Source: a virus (taxonomy: Duplodnaviria > Caudoviricetes). Taken from it: a DNA stretch of 43,768 nucleotides. Where the stretch lies: positions 1-43,768 of the IMG/VR virus record IMGVR_UViG_3300031176_000060; one strand, written 5' to 3'. Of the stretch, positions 17,608 through 27,060 are shown in pieces. Each line of letters opens with the position of its first letter. The first letter of the stretch is position 1. Position numbers and translations under genes: made by a program. The notes beneath the pieces were generated by a model, which was given only the letters and a program-made list of their open reading frames with translations, did not search any database and was not told the DNA's origin.

Positions 17608-18594
17608 TTACGGGGTATAGCCGGCCGGGCGGAGTACGCCGAACGCGTTTTCCTTGACGACCAGGAATGCCACTTGGAAAGTCGCTTTCAGCGCCACCAT
17701 GTCCTGCTCAGCAAGAGAAAGAGGCTTCCCGTCTGCAGCGGAAATCGTGTGCAGGGTAGCCTCTTTCAGGATTTCGTATTCAATTTGCTGCAGAATGCCA
17801 ACCTTGGCCTTTTTGAAGTCGCCGGCAATCAGATCGGCCTTGGTTTTATCCCAGGCGCCGTTGCGGCAGTATTCGATCGGCAAGGAGTACAGGGAATCTT
17901 CGGCAACGCCATCCCGAACAGACGTCAGGTAAAGAGGATCGCCCTGACTGTTTTTCAAGCCGCGCAGAGAAGATTTCAGACCGAAGTGAGCAGCAAAGGC
18001 ACGCGGCTCTTGGTCGTCCGCTTCGATCAGGGCCATAACACTGTTCACGTCATCGGCCAGATTTTGACCGGCCACAGATCCGCGGGTGAAAGTATTGCCG
18101 GAGTTGACGGCAGCAGTCAGGATGTTCGTTGCGAACGGCGACTCGGTACCGATGAACGCGGCCGCATCCAGCTTGGTGTAGAAGGCCTCGGCAATGTATG
18201 GTTTGAGTTCTTCGAAGACATCGATACTTGGACGAGTGAGAGCTTCCTTCGACATTGGGACGATGACGGCCAATTTCTTCGCATTAAGCGTTACCTGTGC
18301 CCACGTGGCTTTCGACGTCTTGATCCGCTCGCCTTCACCTACCCAGTAAGCGCCAGGGCCATCCAGCAACACGGGAATCTTTTTGGTTGCGGAGGTCATC
18401 GGCTCAAGATCGGCAAGTTTCATGATCGCGGAGCCTCGAACCACGTCTTTCACAATTTCCGATGCTGTCTCCTCGGGAATCAAACCCGTCAACTCGGTGC
18501 TAAGCGTGGCTCCTTCTCCGTTAAATCTTTGCAGATCAAACGGAAAAGCTGCTGCCGCAGTCTGTACCATTACCTTCATTGCTTTCTTCAACAT
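17608..18594 (-). CDS. Major capsid protein (HK97 fold)
   Basis: GLIPEE, GPGAYWVGEGERI, AKKLAVIVPMSKE, LAEQDMVALKAT; N-terminal DLQRFN processing motif. Confidence 0.95.
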   Translation of the reverse strand: MLKKAMKVMVQTAAAAFPFDLQRFNGEGATLSTELTGLIPEETASEIVKDVVRGSAIMKLADLEPMTSATKKIPVLLDGPGAYWVGEGERIKTSKATWAQVTLNAKKLAVIVPMSKEALTRPSIDVFEELKPYIAEAFYTKLDAAAFIGTESPFATNILTAAVNSGNTFTRGSVAGQNLADDVNSVMALIEADDQEPRAFAAHFGLKSSLRGLKNSQGDPLYLTSVRDGVAEDSLYSLPIEYCRNGAWDKTKADLIAGDFKKAKVGILQQIEYEILKEATLHTISAADGKPLSLAEQDMVALKATFQVAFLVVKENAFGVLRPAGYTP

Positions 18595-18609
18595 GTGTTC
18601 GTTCCTCCT

Positions 18610-19308
18610 TTAGATACGCTGCAATTTACGCAGGTCTGAGATATTCGGAATCGTAGATTTTTGGTTGGCCGGCGGTTTTGCGGCGGGCGTGTTGCCGCGC
18701 GGGACCCCATCGCTCTTCAACCAAGGCTTTGCCGTGATCAGTTCGGAAACATGCTTGTCGATGTTCTTGATTTTGCCCCCGTCCGTTACCTCTACCTTTG
18801 CCAGATCGGCCAGGCGGATCGCATCGGACAGCTTGTCCGGGTCAATCCCCTGCTTAATCGCTTCTACGATAAAGGCATTTTCCACGCGAAGGGATTGAAT
18901 CGTGGTGTTAGCCGTCTTCAATTCGGATTCCCGTTCGGCAAGCTTTTGCTCAGCAGTCTTCTCCGCCTCCTGACGCTGCTTGTGCGAATCGACAATCGCT
19001 TTCAGCTCGTCGGCCTTTTCAATGCCCAGACCTTTCAGGAAATCGCTCACGGCACCCTGCAGGGCCGACTCGTATTCTTGCTGTGATGCGAACGACACTG
19101 CCGGCTTATTGCTCTCCCCGCCTTTATCGCCTCCGCCATTTGCCTGACTGCCTGCTCCATTGGCACCAGCAGCTACGGCGGTGCCACCATTTCCACCGCT
19201 CCCGACCTGACCACCTCCATTTACGCCTTCACCCCCTCCTGCAGCAGCACCGCCGCCATCGTTAAACAGTTGCATGTTAATCCGATTGATCCGGTTAAAC
19301 TTCTTCAT
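18610..19308 (-). CDS. Capsid scaffolding protein
   Basis: NMQLFN motif, Gly-rich linker, coiled coil, KPWL near C terminus; precedes capsid. Confidence 0.85.
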   Translation of the reverse strand: MKKFNRINRINMQLFNDGGGAAAGGGEGVNGGGQVGSGGNGGTAVAAGANGAGSQANGGGDKGGESNKPAVSFASQQEYESALQGAVSDFLKGLGIEKADELKAIVDSHKQRQEAEKTAEQKLAERESELKTANTTIQSLRVENAFIVEAIKQGIDPDKLSDAIRLADLAKVEVTDGGKIKNIDKHVSELITAKPWLKSDGVPRGNTPAAKPPANQKSTIPNISDLRKLQRI

Positions 19309-19516
19309 GACTGTTTTCTCCCTCCTCAGAAATGATTTTTAACGATACGTGATTGGGATACTGCTCCGCGACCGCCTGAATGCCCAGCAGCGCGGTTTGC
19401 ATGATCGTGGAGATGGCCGCGCAGACGATGTCCTTGCCGTACTCGGCATATCCCGCGTGCCCGTCTGCGTGTATTTGCATCTCCCCACTTTTCATGCGAG
19501 CCTGAATCTTGATCAC
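19295..19516 (-). CDS. prp: Phage-encoded ribosomal-processing cysteine protease Prp (DUF464)
   Basis: Catalytic motifs GHAGY and DIVCAAIS; GTG with GGAGG RBS. Confidence 0.88.
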   Translation of the reverse strand: MIKIQARMKSGEMQIHADGHAGYAEYGKDIVCAAISTIMQTALLGIQAVAEQYPNHVSLKIISEEGENSHEEV

Positions 19517-19637
19517 ATCGACCTCGCCTCCTTTCCCAGCCAAAATAAAAAAACCGACATTCACAGTTCGGTTTTCTTTGATTAAAAGTTTTAGTAAAAT
19601 TTACAAAAGTGTTGGGTTAAGAATGGAGGGACCACAT

Positions 19638-19931
19638 TTGATACGTCATCTTACAAGAGCCATAATCTTTTCCGTCTCAGTAAACCTCCTTTATTATTTT
19701 CTTCTTCCTATCCTTTCTGGTTTGTTCCTGACTCATTTCTACGTACCTGATATCACCGAGGCTTATGAAGAAGTAAACTATCTACAAAATGAAGTTGCCT
19801 TTGGTGTCATTATTAGACCTGACTTTGAAACAAACATTCTCTTTCATCTACTTGTAGGAATAGGAATTTACGGTTTACTCTTCACAGCTATACGCCTTTT
19901 CAAGAAGTTCAAATCCTCAAAGGTAGGCTAA
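19638..19931 (+). CDS. Moron: two-TM membrane protein
   Basis: AT-rich, antisense to head operon, GGAGGG RBS before TTG 19638. Confidence 0.7.
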   Translation: MIRHLTRAIIFSVSVNLLYYFLLPILSGLFLTHFYVPDITEAYEEVNYLQNEVAFGVIIRPDFETNILFHLLVGIGIYGLLFTAIRLFKKFKSSKVG

Positions 19932-20839
19932 AACGTTATCCCTTTCTCTTTTACCCACTCCTCGTATGAGCGCGCCGGCGTGTAGCCACGCTCTGCCCTA
20001 CCGATACGATAAGAGCGCTCTCGCTCTAATCGCTCCAGCACTTTCGACTTGATCACTGGCCGCCAGTACGAGCGACAATTCGGATGATTGGGGATGCGCT
20101 CCCCTTCGCGCCCCGGGTTATCCGGCGTGTCGTAATCGAGTGGGTACCGTTTCCCGTCTGCTTTTCTACACTGGGATGAGGTCCTTTTGTCCAACGTTGC
20201 GCAAAACTCTTTCTCGCCGATGATGTCCGCGTTTGCCTGGTAAGCCGTCGTCTGCCCTTGCGCTGCCGCTCGGTTCAGTTCCGTACGTGCCAGCCGCAGA
20301 GCACTGGACCAGCTCTCGGATGTGCGCAGTGTGATCTCTTTCGCTGTTCTGGACACTCCCCAGCCCTGTACGGCAGCCTGCGTAATCACGTCTTCCATCG
20401 CAGCAGCCAGCAGGTCCGTGCGCATTCGAATCCGTTTGGAAAAATGCCGGCCTTCCCACGGCCTTTCGACGGCCGCCAGAATCATCCCCGGATTGATTTG
20501 GGGAATGGTGACACCGACTTGAAAGTCTTGCTCAATAAAATACAGGTGATGGAGAATGCTTCGCTTATATTCGTCTCCCCACGCCTGCCGCAACTCTTGC
20601 TCTTCTTCCTGCCCAAGTTCTTTCAAAATGGTGCGGATGCTCCCCAAGATCAAATCAAGCCGAGAAGCATTGTAGATCAGCGAAACCAGCTCTTCGCCGC
20701 TTTCGGCAAAGCGTGCGTACAGATCGTTGATCTCGGCGAGAATGCGGGCATTTGACCGGTTGAAAAGCCCGCGGAGTTTCTTTCCATGTTTCATGATCCG
20801 CTGTTCCAGTTCTTCTTGGTAGCGCTCTTCTCGGCTCAT
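19928..20839 (-). CDS. Minor head/morphogenesis protein (SPP1 gp7/Mu F family)
   Basis: RLARTE, ATLDKRTS..CR..DG, PNHPNCRS. Confidence 0.9.
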   Translation of the reverse strand: MSREERYQEELEQRIMKHGKKLRGLFNRSNARILAEINDLYARFAESGEELVSLIYNASRLDLILGSIRTILKELGQEEEQELRQAWGDEYKRSILHHLYFIEQDFQVGVTIPQINPGMILAAVERPWEGRHFSKRIRMRTDLLAAAMEDVITQAAVQGWGVSRTAKEITLRTSESWSSALRLARTELNRAAAQGQTTAYQANADIIGEKEFCATLDKRTSSQCRKADGKRYPLDYDTPDNPGREGERIPNHPNCRSYWRPVIKSKVLERLERERSYRIGRAERGYTPARSYEEWVKEKGITF

Positions 20840-22377
20840 GCGGCATCACCCGGCGGATCGCTTCCGCCCTCTTCAACCTGCTTGTCCTCTTCGGCCGTTT
20901 CAATCGCGTATGGGTCAAGCAACGCCATTCTGCGCTGCACCTCTTCGTCCTGTTCAGCCAACAGCTTATCGCGGGAGGCTTTCGGGTCATCAACGAATGG
21001 CAGCAGTGCCAAGCGTTCCTCATGCGACAACTGGCCAACGAGCTTGGTGACAATATCGACCATTTCGACCAGATTGACCGGCATGTTTTTGCTGAACTTA
21101 ATATCTACGGCTTGATAATCCCACTGCTTGCGGTACTTCGCGTTGAGCATGCCTGTCAGGATACGGATACGGTTTCGTAGCCCGCGCCCGTAGTTTCGCA
21201 TCTTGATGCCGGCCTTGATGTCGGCGTGGTAGAAAATGATCTTGAGCGCGATTCCGGATGGCGCCGTCCCCACCTGGTCAGGTCGAAGATGAGGCGTTCC
21301 CGATTGATCCAGAAGCGATTCAATCAGGCGGTTGATGGTGTTTTCCTCGTGCTGGTCTTGTAGGTCCCATGTAACGGGAACTGCCTTTTTCCCGACGAGA
21401 ATCTGCGAAGTAGACCACTGCTTAGCGAGATACTGCTTTTTCTTCTCCACATCCGTGATCAGGTTGCCTTCCTGGTCATAGAGCAATAGCTCGTCCAGGT
21501 CCAAGTCTTCAAAAATGACCTTCGGGTTTTTGAAATACTCCTGGACGTCGACCTTGCCACTTACGGCCTTATTGATGGCGTCCATGAGGTGCTTTAAATC
21601 ACCGAGATCGCCCATCCCCTCGATCATGCCGTCGTCCCGATACTGCTGGTGTTTCCGGCGCCGATTCACGAAGTGCGTCCAGGGAACGACAGGTTTCTGC
21701 TGCAGTTTCCCGTCCTGGTCCTTCATCAGAACGGTGACGTTATGAGCGACGGGATTTTGCTCCCTACTCGTATCCAAGACAAGGCCTTCCCCTTCTTGCC
21801 GGAGATAGGTGATCTCGTTTTCGTCGTACACCTCGACGATAAGCTTCTTCTGGTTCCGGTCGACGTCAGTCAGGTAGTAGTACCGAATGACCGCGATCAG
21901 CTTGGCCTTTACCGTGGTGTCGTACACCGCGATGCATTCGTCAGCCGTAAACTCTGCCATGCAAATCTGGCCGTCTTCGTCAAAGTAGTAATACTCGAAC
22001 ACCTCGCCGTCGATTGATCCGTCCTCCACAATGTCGTAGGTCAGGCTCTCCTCGTCGTTGTCGACCAAGACTGCCTGCAACTTCTTAATGTATTCGTCAA
22101 TCTCTTCCCCGTCTTCGTTGGCCGAGTAGCGGATCGGGTTACTGACGATGTACGACGTCCCAAAATCGATGATTTTCCGAGCGAAGTTGAGGACGATCTT
22201 GTTGTTGGGTTTTCCCTTCTCCTCTGGCTTTCGCAGGATGTCCTGATCGCCGTCGACGTAGCGCCGCATGACGGTATAGTCACGGGTTTGATGCTTCTTG
22301 ATCAGGTCCATCACCCAGCGCCAGGAGTTCAGTTCCTTGTTCTGCTGATAAAACTCCTCCAGCAGCATGGTCTGCAC
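20836..22377 (-). CDS. Portal protein, SPP1 gp6-like
   Basis: KPNNKIVLNFARKIID, SGIALK, LPFVDDP. Confidence 0.93.
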   Translation of the reverse strand: MQTMLLEEFYQQNKELNSWRWVMDLIKKHQTRDYTVMRRYVDGDQDILRKPEEKGKPNNKIVLNFARKIIDFGTSYIVSNPIRYSANEDGEEIDEYIKKLQAVLVDNDEESLTYDIVEDGSIDGEVFEYYYFDEDGQICMAEFTADECIAVYDTTVKAKLIAVIRYYYLTDVDRNQKKLIVEVYDENEITYLRQEGEGLVLDTSREQNPVAHNVTVLMKDQDGKLQQKPVVPWTHFVNRRRKHQQYRDDGMIEGMGDLGDLKHLMDAINKAVSGKVDVQEYFKNPKVIFEDLDLDELLLYDQEGNLITDVEKKKQYLAKQWSTSQILVGKKAVPVTWDLQDQHEENTINRLIESLLDQSGTPHLRPDQVGTAPSGIALKIIFYHADIKAGIKMRNYGRGLRNRIRILTGMLNAKYRKQWDYQAVDIKFSKNMPVNLVEMVDIVTKLVGQLSHEERLALLPFVDDPKASRDKLLAEQDEEVQRRMALLDPYAIETAEEDKQVEEGGSDPPGDAA

Positions 22378-22398
22378 TTTTTTTCACCCCCTTTTTCG

Positions 22399-22426
22399 GG
22401 TCCCGATAACATGTATTATGTGAACT
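22399..22426 (+). other. dif-like Xer recombination site
   Basis: GGTCCCGATAA-CATGTA-TTATGTGAACT; 11-6-11; right arm differs by one base from B. subtilis dif TTATGTAAACT; intergenic. Confidence 0.7.
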
Positions 22427-22577
22427 TGCCTTCAAATCCCGAATTTCAGCCAAATTTGGCCGTTTTCGGCGATTATGCCTTTTTGCCATGGGTCAAAATG
22501 TCCACCACCGGGAGACAAAACGACATTTTCGGGTCAAAAACACGATCTCCCGTTTTCTCCGGATTTCTCCGTTTTTC

Positions 22578-23981
22578 TTAGGCTGCTTTGTCAGCGATTT
22601 TCCACGGGATGACCTTAAACCGCGCGATCAACAGTTGATGGAAGGTCTTGCTGTTCCACACCAAATAACGCAGAGCGTCCATCGCGTGATCGTTTTCCTT
22701 GAGCGGAATCTCTGCTTTGTCGCCGGCAGCGTCTTCCGGGTACCGGTAGTTTGTCAGCTCTTGGATCACGTCTTTCAAGTGGTCGCTAATAAAAATGTTC
22801 GGCCGCCCATTGTCGGACTTGACCGTGAACAGCGTTGATACGGCGCGAATCCCCTGTTTCAGATGCTTCTTGGCCGGCCTGGCCGGCAACCCGTTCGTCT
22901 GATACGTCTTGATGTTGCTCGGGTCCTCTTCATCGCACCAAAACAACCTGATCTTCCACTTCTTCATCAGTTCCTTGTCCTGGGCCACCCAGCAGTTCGG
23001 GTCCCCTGGAATAAGAATCTCCATTTGCGGCTTGTAGATCGCGTCCACGATCCACAGTTCTCCGTTTGATGTCATGGCGCCAACCAGGGTGACGCCGGGA
23101 TTGGTGAAGCCCCAGTCCTTTCCCGCCTCCACATGGACGAAATGACCGTCGCGGAACTTTTGCTCGCACAGCTCGCGCGGCACCACGTGAATGGAACGGT
23201 CAAACTCCTCGTAAACCTGCCCGAAAAACACATCGAACCGGGCGAAAATCTCCCGGTCGACGTATCGCTTGGGCATCGTCTCAATCATACGCTGAATGTT
23301 CTTTTGCAACTCCGGCAACGGATTGTCTTTGCTGGTCCAGTAGAAATTCCGCCATTCAGGATCGTTGCGATACTCGTCAGGTTGACCGCCTGCTGGCGTA
23401 TGTTGGCCGTTGAGAACGATGTCGTGGTAGAACCAGTTCATGCCCTCTGGAGTGGTCGTCCAAATCGACCAACCACCTTTATCAGCAAGCGCGTAGGACA
23501 GGTATCCGGTCCATGTTTCCGGCTTCATCTTGGAAGCCTCATCAAGCCATACGCCATCCAATCCTTTACCGACGAGGGTCTTGGGCCGGTCTGCCGATTT
23601 GAATTGAATCAGGATGTAACCCTTCAGCCAGATTCGGTTCTTGGAAGCATCCCAGTTTTCAATCATTTCCTCGGGGATGACAGCGGCCAGCTCCTCCTGT
23701 TGGATTTCGGACATGGAATAGGTTGGCGACACGCACCAGTATTCCAACCGCGGCTTTGGCTTCTTCATGACCTTGAGATTTCGCGGTGGCTTATAAGGCA
23801 GCCCCTTCCCCGCCTCAATATCGGCCAGGATGTTGTCAAAAAACTTCCGGGCGCCCACATTGGTTTTGCCTCCGCGTCGGCCGCAGTTCATGACCACGTT
23901 CCGGACCGAGCATTCCATGACCTCAATTTGTTTCGCGTGAGGTGTCCAATCCGCGAAAGGGTCAACCATCAGACTTGTCAC
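22578..23981 (-). CDS. terL: Terminase large subunit
   Basis: Walker A GRRGGKT, Walker B WLDE, TTPEG, DWGFTNP, NDHAMDALRY; GGAGGTG RBS before GTG 23981. Confidence 0.95.
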   Translation of the reverse strand: MTSLMVDPFADWTPHAKQIEVMECSVRNVVMNCGRRGGKTNVGARKFFDNILADIEAGKGLPYKPPRNLKVMKKPKPRLEYWCVSPTYSMSEIQQEELAAVIPEEMIENWDASKNRIWLKGYILIQFKSADRPKTLVGKGLDGVWLDEASKMKPETWTGYLSYALADKGGWSIWTTTPEGMNWFYHDIVLNGQHTPAGGQPDEYRNDPEWRNFYWTSKDNPLPELQKNIQRMIETMPKRYVDREIFARFDVFFGQVYEEFDRSIHVVPRELCEQKFRDGHFVHVEAGKDWGFTNPGVTLVGAMTSNGELWIVDAIYKPQMEILIPGDPNCWVAQDKELMKKWKIRLFWCDEEDPSNIKTYQTNGLPARPAKKHLKQGIRAVSTLFTVKSDNGRPNIFISDHLKDVIQELTNYRYPEDAAGDKAEIPLKENDHAMDALRYLVWNSKTFHQLLIARFKVIPWKIADKAA

Positions 23982-24597
23982 GCGACCACCTCCGAACGAT
24001 GATCTCTTTCTCGGGACCACCGCCACTATTGAGCAACTGCGCCTTGAGGTGAATGGCTTTCAGCTTTTTGTCCTGTACTCTCGTCAGGGCTTCTTCCAGC
24101 GCAAGAATGTCCTCAATGGCCCGGTATTCGGTCTCCTCGATCTCGGTGGTGACCAGCTCGTCCCGGGTGCGAATGAACGTCTTCGTTTCCCCGGACTTCT
24201 CATCATGAACCTGGACCGGCTCCTTTATCGTTTTTCTCTCCTGTAGGACACGCCGCTGCTTTTCGGTTAACCCTTCCGTCAGCCTCCGAATCCGCAGCAT
24301 CATTTCACGCTCACGCCAGGCGAGCAAGCGGATTTCGTCGTCGGCCTGCTGGATGGGATCCAGGTCGATCCGCTCAAGCATCTCCGCCTGATCAGGTGTC
24401 AGGGCATCCATCCAGAGTGATTGGTACTCGCCGGTCTTGACGGCGTTGGTGTTGCGTTTCATCTTCTCCGGGGGAGCACCACCACCAGCACCGTGGTAGT
24501 GGCATACGTCGTACCCTGGCTTGGCCCAGTTCTTACACTGTTCGCCGGTTTGCTTGCTCCTTGCTTTGCATCGCTTTTTCTCAGGATTCCGTGCCAT
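23962..24597 (-). CDS. terS: Terminase small subunit
   Basis: N-terminal C..RSK..G..C...C.YHG and NTNAVKTG motif; directly upstream of terL. Confidence 0.85.
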   Translation of the reverse strand: MARNPEKKRCKARSKQTGEQCKNWAKPGYDVCHYHGAGGGAPPEKMKRNTNAVKTGEYQSLWMDALTPDQAEMLERIDLDPIQQADDEIRLLAWREREMMLRIRRLTEGLTEKQRRVLQERKTIKEPVQVHDEKSGETKTFIRTRDELVTTEIEETEYRAIEDILALEEALTRVQDKKLKAIHLKAQLLNSGGGPEKEIIVRRWSRDKSDG

Positions 24598-24635
24598 CTA
24601 CATGACCACCACCTCACCAGTCCATGGGGTTTGTT

Positions 24636-24869
24636 TTAGATTTCGTCCTTCTGCAATTCAATGTCCAACTCTATCAGCTTCTTCAGGTCATCGACCGTTT
24701 TAATCTCGATATGACCCGATTGAAAATCTTTCACCCATTTTGCAATAGCAGCCTGAACGACCTTTCGATACTTGGTCTTGGATTCCAGAATACCCTCGAT
24801 CACTTCGACTTCATGCTGCAGCAGAAGGTCCTCAGCATCATGATGAGAACGTTTGTTTCTATTTTTCAT
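24636..24869 (-). CDS. Hypothetical protein
   Basis: GAGGGTG RBS; I...TVDDLKKLIELD. Confidence 0.7.
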   Translation of the reverse strand: MKNRNKRSHHDAEDLLLQHEVEVIEGILESKTKYRKVVQAAIAKWVKDFQSGHIEIKTVDDLKKLIELDIELQKDEI

Positions 24870-24902
24870 TGAGACACCCTCGGCTTTCCGGTAAAATGGA
24901 AA

Positions 24903-25003
24903 ACGAGATAGCGGCTGTGGGAAAATCCGAGCGCTCGGTTGCCCGCTATCTCAGCCGGGGGTGTCCCGGGTGCATAGGGGGACGTTGCAGCGTCCTCCTT
25001 TTG
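24903..25003 (+). ncRNA. Candidate ~100-nt structured small RNA
   Basis: TTGAGA-17-TAAAAT promoter (24869-24897), 10-bp stem GAGATAGCGG/CCGCTATCTC, second hairpin, terminator GGGGGACG-ttgcag-CGTCCTCC-TTTT. Confidence 0.55.
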
Positions 25004-25007
25004 CTAT

Positions 25008-26303
25008 TTATGCGGCTTCTTGCTGTCTGCTGACAAGCACCGGTTCGATTCCGGTCGCCTCATAGAAGCGCCGCTTAATGACGTCGCAGAATTTCGGATC
25101 CAGCTCCATGGTCCTGCAGATACGTCCCATCTGCTCGCAAGTCATGAGGGTGGATCCGCTGCCACCGAACAGATCAACGACGACGTCGCCCTTTTGGCTG
25201 CTGTTCCCGATCGGTATGGCCAACAGATCAAGCGGCTTCTGTGTCGGATGAACGTACTTGCTTACGTCGCCGCGGGATACCTCCCACACCGTTTCCGGCT
25301 CCCGTTGTTCCCCAGGTAGTCCGGCCCGCCATACCGTCGTCTGCTTCCGATCCCCGTACCATGCAGGTGCCTTCCCTTTCAGATGAGCGTAGAACACCGG
25401 CTCGTGTTTGAATTTGTACTGTGCAAAACCGAAGCTGGCCGCGTTCTTTACCCAAATGCACTGAGTGCGAACGACAATGCCAGCTTTATTCATGGCGTTC
25501 TCAAATTCTCGCTGGTAGAGGGAAGGATGAAAAACGTAGATGGCCGCTTTCGGGTCCATGATGGCCGAGTAGTTGGCAAACACGGCGTCCAGGAAAGCGA
25601 CGAACTGTTCCAGCGGCATGTCGTCATTGAGGATGCTCTCCCGCCCATCCGCGGCCAACTCCGCCGAGTCACTTTCAAACGCGACATTGTAAGGTGGGTC
25701 AGTCACGACCAGCGCGGCCTGCTGCCCGTCCATCAGCCGCTGTACATCCTGCTTGTTTGTAGAGTCGCCACACATGAGAACATGCCTGCCAAGCCGCCAA
25801 ATGTCCCCGTACCTGGTCACCGGTTCCTTGATTTCGTCCAGCGCCTTCTCGACGTCGAATCCATCATCCTGGACTGGTTCCTCCACTTCGATGTTCTGGT
25901 ACTCAGAAAGCAGCTCTGTGACTTCCTCTTGGTCGAAACCGGTAAGCGTGACATCCAGCTCGCTCTCCTGCAGCTCAGCCAGCACCTGCGCCAGCTTCCC
26001 CTCGTCCCAATCGCCTCTGATTTTGTTCAGGGCGAGATTGAGAGCCTTCTCCCTGGTCTCGTCCAGGTCAACTACCGAAACCTCTACCTCTGTGGCTCCC
26101 TGCTCATTGACGAGGATTTTGTACCGCTGATGACCGCCTACGAGGTTCCCGGTCCGTTCGTTCCATACGAGTGGTTCGACGTAGCCAAAGTCCTCGATCG
26201 ACCGTTTCAGCTTTTCGTATTCGGGATCTCCCGGCTGCAGGTCTACTTTCGGATGGTAGGGCGCCGGGTTGATCATCGAAACGGGGATTTTTCGTATTTT
26301 CAT
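25008..26303 (-). CDS. ParB-like N-terminal domain + N6A/N4C DNA methyltransferase (beta class)
   Basis: VGGHQR ParB motif; DPPY, HPTQKP, DLFGGSGST. Confidence 0.93.
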   Translation of the reverse strand: MKIRKIPVSMINPAPYHPKVDLQPGDPEYEKLKRSIEDFGYVEPLVWNERTGNLVGGHQRYKILVNEQGATEVEVSVVDLDETREKALNLALNKIRGDWDEGKLAQVLAELQESELDVTLTGFDQEEVTELLSEYQNIEVEEPVQDDGFDVEKALDEIKEPVTRYGDIWRLGRHVLMCGDSTNKQDVQRLMDGQQAALVVTDPPYNVAFESDSAELAADGRESILNDDMPLEQFVAFLDAVFANYSAIMDPKAAIYVFHPSLYQREFENAMNKAGIVVRTQCIWVKNAASFGFAQYKFKHEPVFYAHLKGKAPAWYGDRKQTTVWRAGLPGEQREPETVWEVSRGDVSKYVHPTQKPLDLLAIPIGNSSQKGDVVVDLFGGSGSTLMTCEQMGRICRTMELDPKFCDVIKRRFYEATGIEPVLVSRQQEAA

Positions 26304-26523
26304 GCTGTTTCCTCCCCTCCGTGGCGATAGATATAAGAATAAAGAATATTGCCAGCCACAAAACGGCTGAATCCCTTGTCCCGCAAGGCTTGAAGGCTAT
26401 TTTTTGAGCGCTACGAGCGTATCACTTTTTACCCCAAAAAGTATACGTTTCGTATCACTGCTAAAAACGGGGTTGAGCCTTAGAGCCACAAGGTTTCGCG
26501 GCCTCTTGGCTTCTGGCAACCCC

Positions 26524-27018
26524 CTATTCAGAATTCGGGTCTTCGCCAGCTTCTGTGATCTCCTGCCTGAACAACTGCAGCAGGCTGGTTTCCGCCTCCT
26601 TCCCATTGAGGGAATACAGCGGGTTGATTGCCAACGCCGTCCTACCGGCAATGTCGGTCCACCGGAGAATTCGCTGTTCGACGAATGTCCTGACGATCTT
26701 CCTCGCCTGGGAATATGAGCAGTCAGCGATCCGGGCCAGCTCCTTGATTGTGAGCGGGACGCCTTTCTGGCCGCGCTCATTGTCCCCCAGCAGGAGATTG
26801 GTTCCCTCGCTGGCATATGGCGCGATCTTCAACAAAAAACCAGCCTCGGCGAGCGACAGCTTTCTGAGCCGTCTCTTTGCCTTCTGGCTGGCTTTGATCT
26901 TCACGAATTTTGCACTGCGGCCTGCTGGCCGAAAGACCTTAACGATCTCGTCCGGGCGCCGGAGAATTTGCTCCTCGTAGAATACCTCCCCCGTGTCCGG
27001 GTCGACGAATTGGCGCAC
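26524..27018 (-). CDS. HTH protein resembling Firmicute RepL/replication-maintenance proteins
   Basis: VDPDTGEV N terminus, FVK, HTH LTIKELARIADCS, INP motif. Confidence 0.55.
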   Translation of the reverse strand: MRQFVDPDTGEVFYEEQILRRPDEIVKVFRPAGRSAKFVKIKASQKAKRRLRKLSLAEAGFLLKIAPYASEGTNLLLGDNERGQKGVPLTIKELARIADCSYSQARKIVRTFVEQRILRWTDIAGRTALAINPLYSLNGKEAETSLLQLFRQEITEAGEDPNSE

Positions 27019-27060
27019 TACACGTCATCCACCTCCATGAAAAAAAGCACCGCGTGGGTG

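Noticed and set aside
19120-19260. Low-complexity GC-rich repeats
   Set aside because: Simply encode the Gly-rich linker of the scaffold protein
22280-22489. 69-aa ORF between terL and portal
   Set aside because: Overlaps portal out of frame by about 100 nt, low-information sequence; the gap is better explained by the dif-like site
14586-26330. Long + strand ORFs (e.g. 14586-15491, 17674-18639, 23133-24002, 25383-26330)
   Set aside because: Antisense shadows of well-supported structural genes, expected from codon bias
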